Origin: Eukaryota sp. TZLM1-RC
Lineage: Eukaryota > Protista > Metamonada: BaSk clade
Direction: 5' to 3'
Assembly: GCA_040285825.1 (NCBI GenBank)
Contig: JAUPSS010000008.1
Coordinates: 744,001 to 808,000, forward strand
Length of the DNA: 64,000 bases
Shown: piece after piece, positions 22,891 through 34,000 of the stretch
Layout: every line of letters starts with the position of its first letter
Numbering within the stretch: position 1 is the stretch's first letter
Translations under genes and position numbers: made by a program
Notes under the pieces: generated by a model
Seen by the model: the letters and a program-made list of their open reading frames with translations, nothing else
The model's database searches: none
What the model was told of the DNA's origin: nothing

Positions 22891-24867
22891 ATGCTTGTCA
22901 AGTGTTTGGTCACTTCTACAATAAAGATATTGTCGTCGTCTACCAATGATCAACCACCAGCCAATACCACTATCACTATACAATATCCTCATGTATCAGA
23001 AGTCTTTGAATGTCCTATTGAATTCAACACCTCGATCACAGACCAGAAGGAGATAAACATTGACCAGTCGACCTCTACTTTACTCTCTTCATCCTATACA
23101 CCGCCTTTCTTAAACTTTACACTTTCTCAAGACAATTCCATAGTTTTTGACAAGCAGATACCATTCGATCTTTTGTCCCTTTATGTCTCTCCCTCTCTCA
23201 CCATAACTTCCACTTCACATTACGGCTCCTACACATTTTATCTTACTGTTATTGCCACTCTTCCCAAACAACTGTCTTTTCCTTTGGATCCCCCGCAGTG
23301 TGTTACGTCTCTCTCCTTTTCGTTTTCAAACCTCCCTCTCCGCCTCAATCCCCATGAAGAACTTATTACGACCATCTCCCTTCCTGCAAACAGCTCTACC
23401 TTCTTTACCATCTCCAACCACTCAGATACTGACTGTCACGTTGCTGGTAGTCTCGCGGGGAGCTTTAGTGTTTGTTATGATGAAGGTTCATTGGCTGAAT
23501 TATTTTCCACGCTACAGACCACTCGGGAATTTCCTATTACTTTCAATAAACACCCAATAAAGTCAAGTGCTGAAAAGGAAAATCAAAAAAAACTGTTAAA
23601 ATCAGAAAGTAATCAATCAAAAAAGACAGGCAGGACTTCACGGTCTAAATCAAGATCAAGCGACAGGATAAAAAACCAAAAGACTAATCAAGACCTAATT
23701 CCCCTTCCATGTCTACTTTTCTGCAAACCAACCTTTCCAAGTAGTTTGCTCTCTTCATTCAATCACAAGTCATCATTCTCCCATTACCTTCCCATCTGCC
23801 TATCTCCTTTGGTTGATGGGATGGCTGTGGATGGAGAGGTGGCCGAGTGTCATTGTTATTTCAAAGGTAGATGTAGTCAAGGGGGTCTTTTAAGGAAGTT
23901 TAATGAAGAATTAATTAATTCAAGGTTTAATCGCTTTTATTTTATATCTGATAAGGAATTGGATATAGTTTCCATTATTGTTGACTTCAATTCGTATGTA
24001 CTCAGTTTAGCCACAGAAAAGTCCAAAACAAAGGGTCAAATTCCTGAGAATTTTGAAGATCTCCCATTAGATTCAATCAGTCTGATTGATAGGTCAAGAT
24101 TGAATACTGCATCACGCGATGTGATTGAATCAATCAAAAATAATGACCTAGTTACCAAATTGGGCCTTGTTTCTGGTTGGAATCTCTCCATTACCCAATC
24201 TTTATCTGTTTTGTTTATGGAGTGTGAGTATAATTCAATGATTGCGTCTTTTTTGAATTCTTATGCTGTTAAATCTAAATCAAATAATGAATTAATCAGT
24301 TTATTCAATTCTAATTTATTGTTTTCATCCAAATTATCACCCTATTCTGTTAATTTTGAACCCTTTGTCTTTGATAATTCAATACAAGGTATTTTGAAAT
24401 CCTACTCCACTCAATTTGCCACTGGATCTAAAGGAATTCGTCAATGTGGAAGGGTCATTGGTACGTTGAATTCCTTACTCAATCTAACGGTTCATAATTC
24501 AGGTAATTTTGAACCTTCTTTGTTGAAAATTAAAGACCTTGACCTTTGGCTAACCTATGACGATTTGCTATGTGCTGAAAAATACACTTCTGATGGTGAT
24601 GTTTCACTACAATCATCAACTAAATCTTCAAAAATCAATAATGTTTGTGTGGAGAATGCATCAGTACCAGCTGAATCTGTCCAATCTTTCAAATCCAAAA
24701 CAATTCAAATGTCAGATTGTCGAAATCCTTTGTTTGAACAAACTATTAATCAAAGGTCCACTTCCAAAAATTTTCTTAAAACAAACAAACTTGCTGTAAA
24801 GACAAGTAACGATAGAACATTGTCATGGAAAAGATATAGAGAAACCTGTAAAACAAATAAAAACTAG
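22891..24867 (+). CDS. Hypothetical 658-aa protein with weak resemblance to CFAP92-type ciliary proteins
   Basis: Long intact ORF. The C-terminal half (FNRFYFI, VSGW, LFNSNLLF) loosely recalls CFAP92; this is unverified. Confidence 0.6.
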   Translation: MLVKCLVTSTIKILSSSTNDQPPANTTITIQYPHVSEVFECPIEFNTSITDQKEINIDQSTSTLLSSSYTPPFLNFTLSQDNSIVFDKQIPFDLLSLYVSPSLTITSTSHYGSYTFYLTVIATLPKQLSFPLDPPQCVTSLSFSFSNLPLRLNPHEELITTISLPANSSTFFTISNHSDTDCHVAGSLAGSFSVCYDEGSLAELFSTLQTTREFPITFNKHPIKSSAEKENQKKLLKSESNQSKKTGRTSRSKSRSSDRIKNQKTNQDLIPLPCLLFCKPTFPSSLLSSFNHKSSFSHYLPICLSPLVDGMAVDGEVAECHCYFKGRCSQGGLLRKFNEELINSRFNRFYFISDKELDIVSIIVDFNSYVLSLATEKSKTKGQIPENFEDLPLDSISLIDRSRLNTASRDVIESIKNNDLVTKLGLVSGWNLSITQSLSVLFMECEYNSMIASFLNSYAVKSKSNNELISLFNSNLLFSSKLSPYSVNFEPFVFDNSIQGILKSYSTQFATGSKGIRQCGRVIGTLNSLLNLTVHNSGNFEPSLLKIKDLDLWLTYDDLLCAEKYTSDGDVSLQSSTKSSKINNVCVENASVPAESVQSFKSKTIQMSDCRNPLFEQTINQRSTSKNFLKTNKLAVKTSNDRTLSWKRYRETCKTNKN

Positions 24868-24920
24868 TTATATTTAAAGAAAACTATTTTAAAAATACTA
24901 AAAGATATAAAAAACTATAT

Positions 24921-26057
24921 TCAATTCCGTTCTTTTAACACATCTTCATAATTGAGACCTCTTGACCTCAACTTCACCCTGTGTTTCGTTTTTCTAATCT
25001 GTCTATTTCTTGGTTCAATTAACCCTTTTCTTAATATACAATCATAAGAATCCTCCAAAGCTGAACCATCTATTGGTACACTTGATAATGAAGTGGGAAT
25101 CTCAGACTTTGTTAAAACATCAGGAAGGGGTTCTTTGTACTTGACAGGACCTAGCCTTGGAGGTTTAGTGTTGTTTGTAACTGTTTTTGGTCTTGAAAGA
25201 GATTTTTCAAACTTTGCTAATTCAACTTCATTAATATACTGATTGATTAAATGCCCTTCACGACGAATCTTCTTTTCCCTTTCTTCTTTTATTACATCCT
25301 TGTCATTTGATCCATTTGATTTAGATTTTCTCTTCTTTTGATTAGAGTTTTCTTCTACTTGATCAACATCGTCTTGTTGAACTTCATCTTCATTTCTGTT
25401 TTTCCTGCTTCGAATTGAGGTGGAGTAGGAGACTCTAACATCACCTGGATAGTGAGCAACATCAGAGACGTGCATTCCGGCAAGGTCACCTGCTTTTTTT
25501 GGCATTAATGACCGTGCATCTTGAACTTTTTGATCTTCTTCAACTGCCAGACTGGTGGCCTTGTCAAGTAGTTGTTCATGATGTTCCGGATCAGGACGAT
25601 AAGATTGGCCAGGATCAGGAAGTGTCTTGGGGGAAGGCTTTGTGTTGGTAGGTTTAGATGACCAGATATCAGTCGAAACAGCGGTAGTTGGTTGGCTCGA
25701 TTGCTTGATTTTGTTTAGATGGCGCTTAATGATAACTTCTTCAGAGGTACTAAGTGGTTTGGCTTTTTTTGAGTGAATGGGAGGACGTTTGACCGGGAGA
25801 ACAGAAGGATCTCCAGCGAGAACTAAGTCGTGATGAAGTCGTTTACGAGAAGCTTTAATGTCGGCCGAACTACCTGTATCCACCTTAAAGAGTGCCGTAA
25901 CATCACGGTCAATGGATTGTTTACCAAGATCATGAAATGCTTGTTGTTCAGTTCCTGAAGTGTCATTCTTGTGATGTTTCATTTTCCAGCAATGTGTTCT
26001 AATGTAATGATGTATCTGAATTTCTAATAATGTGTCTGGTATTCGCTGGAAATACAT
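24921..26057 (-). CDS. NOP53: Ribosome biogenesis protein NOP53 (GLTSCR2)
   Basis: Arch-interacting motif LFKVD, GQSYRP..EHHEQLL, RLGPVKY, L.D.Y...LRKGLIEPR. The start may be the ATG at 25982. Confidence 0.9.
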   Translation of the reverse strand: MYFQRIPDTLLEIQIHHYIRTHCWKMKHHKNDTSGTEQQAFHDLGKQSIDRDVTALFKVDTGSSADIKASRKRLHHDLVLAGDPSVLPVKRPPIHSKKAKPLSTSEEVIIKRHLNKIKQSSQPTTAVSTDIWSSKPTNTKPSPKTLPDPGQSYRPDPEHHEQLLDKATSLAVEEDQKVQDARSLMPKKAGDLAGMHVSDVAHYPGDVRVSYSTSIRSRKNRNEDEVQQDDVDQVEENSNQKKRKSKSNGSNDKDVIKEEREKKIRREGHLINQYINEVELAKFEKSLSRPKTVTNNTKPPRLGPVKYKEPLPDVLTKSEIPTSLSSVPIDGSALEDSYDCILRKGLIEPRNRQIRKTKHRVKLRSRGLNYEDVLKERN

Positions 26058-26073
26058 TCTTATTTAGTCCTTA

Positions 26074-26190
26074 TCTGAAATGCCAATTTCCAATACTTCA
26101 ACCACATTCACATTTCTAAACTTAACCATCCAGAGATGATCGGCTTAGATCAAAATCCGTTAGATATGAAGACTCTTATTGAGGTCTTCT
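26074..26190 (-). ncRNA. Putative Fanzor omegaRNA scaffold / element right end, copy 1
   Basis: Non-coding tail conserved with 40808-40901. It folds into GAAGAcCTC-AATAA-GAGTCTTC across the stop codon and nested stems TTCATAT/ATGTGAA, TCTAAGC/GTTTAGA and GATCATC/GATGGTT. Confidence 0.5.
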
Positions 26191-26730
26191 AAAAGCTAGG
26201 GGTCTTGTGTTCAAAAAGTACTCGCTTACTGCAATCTTCCACTGGTTTCTTGATGCAGAGATATCTGTTGACCAAGCCATTCCACATTCTGGACATGTAA
26301 AATAGGGTCCAGACTTTTTCCTTTCTCCATTCTCTATGAAGTAAAGGTCTTCATGGAAAACTTTGCAACAGTTCACTTTGGCAGTTGTATAGTATTCATC
26401 GCCATCCTTCACGGTTGGAATGGTTCGCCACCTCATCTTCCAAACCAAATAATCACTTCACGCTTTTCAGGTTTGTTTTTCATTTTCTGGACAAAATGGC
26501 TGAATCTCTTTTGGCGATGGATAAAAAAGTCAAAGCGATTACGGTGCCCAGCGTTTCTTCTTCCTTAATGTAGATGGTGGTTTAATAAACTTTGTCTTTC
26601 AGTGTTGTCTCTTTGAGGATTCACATTAAGCCACTGTTTTATTTCAGTGGGTTGAGTAACATCTATGAATTCTGCTACCATTGAAATCAGATACTGATAA
26701 CAGCCCTGAACGGAATAACAATTTGGAGTC
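26176..26730 (-). pseudogene. Fanzor (eukaryotic TnpB-family RNA-guided nuclease) C-terminal fragment, copy 1
   Basis: RFDFFIHRQK (bridge-helix-like), VIIWFG (RuvC-II strand with G instead of E), DEYYTT..VNCC (alternative Glu plus first Cys pair), CPECG..WSTDISASRN (zinc ribbon plus RuvC-III Asp) and terminal RPLAFRRPQ*. Has an internal deletion and a stop. The 5' limit is uncertain. Confidence 0.8.
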
Positions 26731-27779
26731 GGTTGTCTCAACGGAGGAGGATGTCTCAACGGAGGAGGATGTGTCAGTTGTCAATATACACCTCTGGTAT
26801 CGTTTTTTCACTCTCTACGAATCAACTCATCCCAATCTCAACGCAATATGTTGATAATCCATTACCTATAGAGTCTGACGTGATCTCCCTCAACCTGCTG
26901 GGTCGACGTTACTACATTGATCTTGATTATGAATACAGAATGAGATTTCCAATGTCATATCTTCCCTATTTCAGACAACATCTCAAAAAATGAAAATCAA
27001 TGAACAAATGTACATACTAGCGTGGAAAATTTAATAGCATCAGTTGTCCAATCAAATCCCAATCAATCAAATCTGATTATTGTCAGTCAATTATAAAGTT
27101 GCCTTTACCAAATCAATTTCCAAAATTGTTTGCTATCCGGTGTTTTTCAAATGTTTGCAAAACCGTTCCTGAATTAATCACTGAAGGTCATTGAGAGCTC
27201 GTCAGATGTGATTTCAATGGATTTTATCTTTCATTATTGGCAATACTTTATTTTCCATCTTTTGAACCCTCATTTCCTTTACATGGATTTAATGTGCAAT
27301 GATTTGATAAATATTGTACAAATCGTGTTCCCTGTTTGTGACGAATCTTATTATCTCAAAATTAATGAGTTTTCTTTAGAACGAATCAATGGACCAATAA
27401 TACCGACTCAGATGTATTATCACTAAAAATTTACAAAAGCTCCCAAAAAAGGAAAATAAATGAATAACACAAAATGACCCAAATCTAACCACATTTTATC
27501 TATTTGTTTGTACTTCTTCTCAATCTTGAGGTTTGTAATTGATCTGCTACAAGTATGATCTGTTAGACCTTCAGCAGTTTCTACACTTGTAGCAATATAA
27601 GTCGGTTGCGTCTAAGAAACTGTTTCAAGCCAGCTTCTGGTAAATACCGTCTGTTTATAATATCAAAATTGTTCATCAAATTCTAGTGAATGTGACAATG
27701 ATTTTTGGGGCATATCACATCACGTCAACAACAATCATTACCTCAATCAAAACTTTTGGACAATTGCATTATACTAATT

Positions 27780-28935
27780 TTTATTCAACAAACAAATATG
27801 AAATTCACAATTAAAACTCCACATCCTCGAAACCTGCCTCCCCTACATCAAAACAATTAATTGCTAAAGATTCAGAAAATTTCCCCAAAGAAGATAGTGA
27901 ATCAGAAATTAGTTTTACCATTCCCTTAAAAATAGAAAATACAATCCTGTTTTGCCAGTAAACACGATTGAAAATTCTTCCAGTTCTTTCCTTTACAACT
28001 ACAACAAAATCCTCGAGGAAAGCCATAGCAGCCTTACCTAGAGATCCAAGCAAAGAAAAAAACAAATGGACATAAATTATATTGGGCATGAGAATTTTCA
28101 TTAACCGAGGAAATGGGTTTCGCATATTTAGCAATTTTATATTTTTCGCCTGCAAGAAGAGGATTATTTACATCCGAGTTAATGAGATGTTCGTTAGAGG
28201 AATTACAAGGGTCAATAGACATGGCGTCCAAAAATAGTAAAACTACCATTTAAACCAGGAACAACTAGATCACCTCTAGTCAGACCCATAGAAGCTCTGT
28301 TGTAACGCGTACTATCAATATTGGGATCATCAAGAATTAATTTTGATAACAGCGGTTCTAAAAAGGAATCTACTCGATATGATTTGCACATTACATAAAT
28401 TTGGTCCCTGACGTTATTATGCACTTTGCTTCTAAACGTAATGAAATGTTTGCAGTTCAAAAGATGAGTAAACAAAAGAGGTTTACCACATTTACAAGTT
28501 AAATGATTGGGCAAATTGTTTGGCCACAGAAAACAACGAAAACGCATGTTTAGAAGCCATTCATTGTTTTTTTAACAAAAGTCCATAAACAGAGGGAACT
28601 TGAGTTACTAAAGCAGCAGCTGAACTATCACGAATATCCTTTAAAAAATTACCGAAAGCGGGATTTTTAGTTTTGGCCAAGCCAAGTCTTACTTCATAAT
28701 CCAAGCCTTCATATAATTTAACCAGATGGTGCTGAAGCTTTTTCAAGCAAAAACGTAAATTTGGAAGTGATCGGGTGGGAATTTCTTGAACATTTTGAGG
28801 AAAACACTGAATCCAGATATCACTAGGCAAATTTTCTAATTCAAATTGCAGTTGATTCAAGTAAAAATTTGATTCACCATTGATCAGATGAACATCAAAA
28901 GGGAACCTTTGGAAAAATTCAAAAACAAACTTTTG
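27780..28935 (-). mobile_element. CRE-like non-LTR retrotransposon, family C, 5'-truncated
   Basis: IWIQCFP, CKCG...HLLNC, TRGDLVVP..D.MSIDP..K.AKY and YWQNRIVF motifs. Homologous to 50270-50900 and 56600-57905. Confidence 0.85.
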
Positions 28936-29004
28936 GACAATGGTCAAAAATATTATCACACTCTCCACAAACTTTTTAATTTTATATCAGCTTTCACAAC
29001 TGCT

Positions 29005-30623
29005 ATGACCATTGAAGAAGAGCCTTACAAGGGTCCTACAGATCCCAGAGTCCGTGGCTTAAACCACAGATATCTTGTTCTCCTCGCAGGTTTCACATTG
29101 CATTTGTGTATAGGACAAGTCTGGTTCATTCGTTACTACTTTTATCTCAGGTTTATGGTTTTTCTGTTTTTACCACTCCTCTTCGTGAAACTCATGGATC
29201 TGACTGGAGCAATGCCGGCTTCATTGCATACGCCTTGGGTCTTGGTGGCTTAGGTTACAGTGCTATGGCTGCAGGATTTATTCAACAAGCCATTGGTCCT
29301 AGAAAAACAGCCCTTCTCAGTGGCGGATTGTTTCTTGTTGGGCATCTCGGGTGTGCTCTCTTCAATCATTTTAACAATCTTTTTCTTTTCTTCGTGTCTT
29401 ATGCAATTGCTGGAATTTCCTTTGGACAAGGTTATGTTGCCCCTGTTCCCGCTATTCTCAAATGGTTCCCTGATATGAAAGGCCTTGCAGGTGGTTTTGC
29501 TGTTTCAGGTTTCGGTTTGGGTCCCATTCTCTCTGGTCTCGTCAACATTCCCCTCATTGAGAACTATGGAATCACTGTTACTTTCATTGTAATGGCCATC
29601 TACGGTAGTGTCCTCATCGTTATTGCAGCAATGTTCCTCAAACATCCCCCTCCTGGTTATTTGCCCCCATCAATGGCCAAGCTTTCTGCTGATGAACAAA
29701 GTAAGCACTCTGATGATGGTCCTGCTGTCAACGCCAAGACAGCCCTGTCCTCTTTCCTTTATTGGAGGGTTTGGCTCACTCAATTCACTGCTTGTTTTGC
29801 TGGAGTTTCTCTCATTTCTACCATTGTACCTATCCTTGAAGAAGTATTTGAACTCACTAGTCACGAAGCTGGGCAGTGGCTTGTGTTAACTTCTATCTTT
29901 AACATGGGGGGACGGTTTGTTTTCCCTGCCCTCAGTGACTATTCCTTTAAAAAGGGTCTCTCCAGGAAGTTTTCTTTTGCCTTTTATCTCGGAACACAAG
30001 CTGTCATTGCTGCTTTAATATCCTGGGTTATGCCTAATCAATGGACCATAACATTTGTTTTACTTGCCTGCTATATCTATGCCGCAATGGGAGGTTCTTT
30101 TGGTACTCTTCCAGCTCTTGTTTCTGATACCTTTGGTCAAAAGTATTCATCCAGCATATTTGGATTTACTCTTTCCGCCTGGGCCACTTCAGGGTTGTTG
30201 GGCCCTATTCTAGTTTCTTTCATGAGGGACAGAGCTGCTGAAAATGTTACTGATGGTGATTATTCTGGCATTTATGTTCCTTTCTTCATTGTTTTGGTTA
30301 TTGTTCTAGCAATTGGCTTTATTAATTCTTTGACTATTCGCAAATTTCCATTTGCAATCGCCCAAACCAAAAATGAAGAAGATGAACCAGAATTAGAGGT
30401 TACTATTTTGCCTACCCACGAAGCAGAAAATGAGGAAGAAACAGAAGTTTTAAATCAATCAGATCAAGATCGTTCAGTAAATGAAGAATTAACTGAAGAA
30501 GTGAAGGATGATGAAGGTGAGCAAGACGAACAATCCACAGAGTCTTTGCCTGAAACACCTAACGATCAAGAAATTGTTAATTCCCAACCAGAAGATTTGT
30601 CTGATGGGTCAGATAGTTCTTGA
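29005..30623 (+). CDS. MFS transporter, oxalate:formate antiporter (OFA)-like, one intron
   Basis: ATG at 29005. Removing intron 29119-29149 (31 nt) restores HLCIGQ|VYGFSVF. Also KWFPDMKGLAGG.AVSGFGLG, FNMGGR, GGSFGTLPALVSDTFG, ~12 TM segments and an acidic tail. Confidence 0.88.
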
Positions 30624-31075
30624 ATATTTCCTTATTAGTTTTTATTAAGTTTTATTTAATCTTGGTTTATATTACCGTCTATCTTTTTTATTGCATATAT
30701 CCTAGTTTATTTCATAAACCTTCAATTCGTTCGTAGAAATTGGTTAACATTATATATTTTAAATCAATTTTGTTTTTTGATGTTTCATAACATGGGTCCA
30801 ATGTAGCAGATAGATGAGCAACACTTCCTTGAAAGTAGGATTGACTTCAGTATAAACATGCTTCAGAACTCAAAGAACTTGGACGAGTTCGAGGAACTAT
30901 TGGGGAGTCTTAGATTATGTGTAAGGTGAAGAATGAACAAATGCTGAAATGGAAGTTGCTTAAACAGATTTAAAAATGATTTTGATCCAAGTCACGTATC
31001 TCATACGTGGCAGGGAAACTTGACTCAAAAACAGGAAACTCCGATACAACAGTACATTTTCAACTTTTTTGTACA

Positions 31076-34000
31076 ATGCGCGAGACTTCTGATGGTAATC
31101 ACGCATGTGCTCATGTAGCCTATTTCTTCATTGAAACAGCACTGATCTATCCGATCTCGTATGGTGTCACTGGAACTTACTCATTTCAGTCCATCAACTT
31201 CCATGGCAGAGTATGCAGATGTACTCGCCACAAAGGGTACCCTTAACCTTTATGATCAAACTGTTTGTGTTAGACAGTTACAAAGTGAAGCTGGAGCAGC
31301 TGTATGGTGTTTAATTTCTAACTGACATCAGGGTTCACTTCATGGTGCTTTGGTACGTGGGTGTCTAGCCAGTACCTTTACTGCATCTCAGGTTTGATTG
31401 CTACCTTATTCTTACAATAGGGATTGTTGTTGATGGTGCCAAATATTTACAAGTTAACAGGGGAACTCTTACCCGGTGTTATACACGTTGCTGCTCGATC
31501 GATTGCTACCCATGCTCTTTCTATCTTTGGTGATCATTCTGATATTATGGCAGTCAGACAAATCGGATGCCCCATTTTATTTTCCAACAATGTCCAAGAA
31601 GCAGCCGACATAGCTGCTGTTGCACATATAGCATCAATACGCTCATCTTTACCTTTCATTCATGCATTTGATGGAAAAAGAACTTCAGATGAGACAACTG
31701 ATATCGATCTTCCTTCTCATGAAGATCTTCGTACACTTGCCACCAATTTCAAAACCTATGATGATGCCCAAAAGTTCAAGCAAAACGCATTGGATCCAGA
31801 GCATCCTCATATGCAGGGAACATCTCAAGATCCTTCAGTTTTCTTCCAGCAAGCCGAATCAGCCAATGTCATTCACGATGAAATTCCTCAAATTGTGGAA
31901 GACGCATTAAAAGCTTTTAAAGAACAGTTTGGTCGTGAATACAAGTTGTATGAATGGTATGGTCCTTCTGATGCCGAAGCTGCAATCATTCTTATGGGAA
32001 GTGGTACAAGTACTGTAAGACATGCTTTACCCTTCCTCAAGCAAAACAAAATTGGATGTCTAAGTGTTCGCCTTTTCCGACCCTTCTCCACATCTCATTT
32101 TATCAATGCCATTCCCAAGACTGTCAAACGAATTGCTGTTTTGGACAAATCTAAGGAATACTCGCCCAATGGCGAGGCTCTGTTCACCGATGTCGCAACT
32201 GCCCTTTCTCTTTTCAAACGTGAGGTAGATGTTTTGGTTGGAGGTAGATATGGCCTTTCTTCTAAGGACTTCACTCCTGGAATGGTACAGTCTGTTGTTG
32301 ATAACCTTTATTCTGCCAACCCTCTCCACAGCTTTACTGTTGGAATCAACGACGATGTCACTCATCTTTCTCTCCCTGCCAACCCTGAGTTTTCATATCT
32401 TAATGAAAATTGTGTGGAGTCTCTATTTTACGGTGTTGGTGGTGATGGCGCTGTCTCTGCCACTCATCAAGCTTTGGAAATCATCGTTAAATTAGCAAAG
32501 ATGCATGGTCAGCTCTATTGTTTCTACGATGCTGTCAAGAATGGTACAACTACTCTTTCCCATTTAAGAATCTCCCCTGATCCCGTCGATGCTCCATTTG
32601 GTATCACTCATGCTCACTACATTGCCTGCCATGTTGACAAGTATATACATCGGTTTGCATTAACTGAGAAGTTGCGTGAGAATGGAACCTTTTTGCTCAA
32701 CTGTCGTTACAATTCACTTGAATCTGTCGAAGATAACTTTCCAGTTCAACTTAAAAGAGATTTAGCCAAGAAAAATGCTAAACTTTACCTAATCAACGCT
32801 TATGCCATTGCCAAGAACTGTGGAAACCCTTCTAGGACCAACATGCCAATGCTTACTGCTTACTTTAAACTCTCTGGAATTGTTTCCTCTACTTCTGAAG
32901 CCATTGAATTACTCAAACAGTCTGTGGTTGAAAGATACAGGCTCAAGGGAGAAAAGGTGATTGATGCTAATATAAAAATGATTGAAGCAACAGATTCCCC
33001 TGATGCTATTACTGAAATCCCTGTTCCTTCCCACTGGGCTGATTTACCTGACGACGTTAAGGAAATCACCGACGAACAAGAGAAGAGGGAACATTTCTCA
33101 ATGATTACAGGGTTGAGAGGTAATGATCTCCCTGTCAGTTCATTTAAACCTGGTGGTAGACTTGAACCTGGCACCTCTGATTGGTCGAAGAGAGGAATGG
33201 CGATGGAGATTCCCCATTGGGAAAGTAGTCTCTGTATTCAGTGTAACACATGTGCTTATGTCTGTCCCCATGCAGTTATCAGACCATTCCTTTTAACTGA
33301 GGAAGAGGACAAGGCAAAACCTGAAGGAATGGAAACTCTTCCAACAAAAGGAGGTGGCGACTTGAAGAAGACCAAGTTTAGAATTCAGGTTTCCTCTATG
33401 GATTGTACTGGATGTTCTGTCTGTGCTAAGTCTTGTCCTGCACCTGGCTGTTTGACAATGAAACCTGCAGAAGACGAAAGAGATGTCTATGCTGAGTACT
33501 TTGATTATTGCCGATCTCTACCTAACAAGGGTGATTTGGTTAGTAAAACATCAATGAAGGGATCTGCGTTCCAACAGCCTTTGTTAGAGTTCCATGGAGC
33601 TTGTGCGGGATGTGGGGAAACTGTATGTATTTATTATTTATCTTTAATAACCCTAGGCCTATGTTAGACTCTTGACTCAGCTCTATGGTGATAGACTGGT
33701 CATTGCTAATGGTACCGGGTGTTCATCAATCTGGGGAGGTTCTTACCCATCTAACCCTTACACTGTCAATGCTGAGGGTTGTGGTCCTGCCTGGGCCAAC
33801 AGTCTGTTTGAAGATAATGCCGAATTTGGGCTTGGAATGTTGTTGGCTCAAGAAACCCGTCGCCGTCATTTGTTTAGTTTGGCTCAAAAAGTGGTCAATG
33901 ACAAGCAAACTCCCAAAGAACTTGTCGACGCTCTCAATGACTGGTTGAATTGTTTTGAAGATCGTGACGCTACATTGGAAGTCAGCAAGCGTATTGTCCG

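Noticed and set aside
26733-26775. 18-bp tandem duplication giving the MSQRRR repeat ORF
   Set aside because: Two-copy local duplication with no support for the short ORF. At most it marks the edge of the Fanzor remnant.
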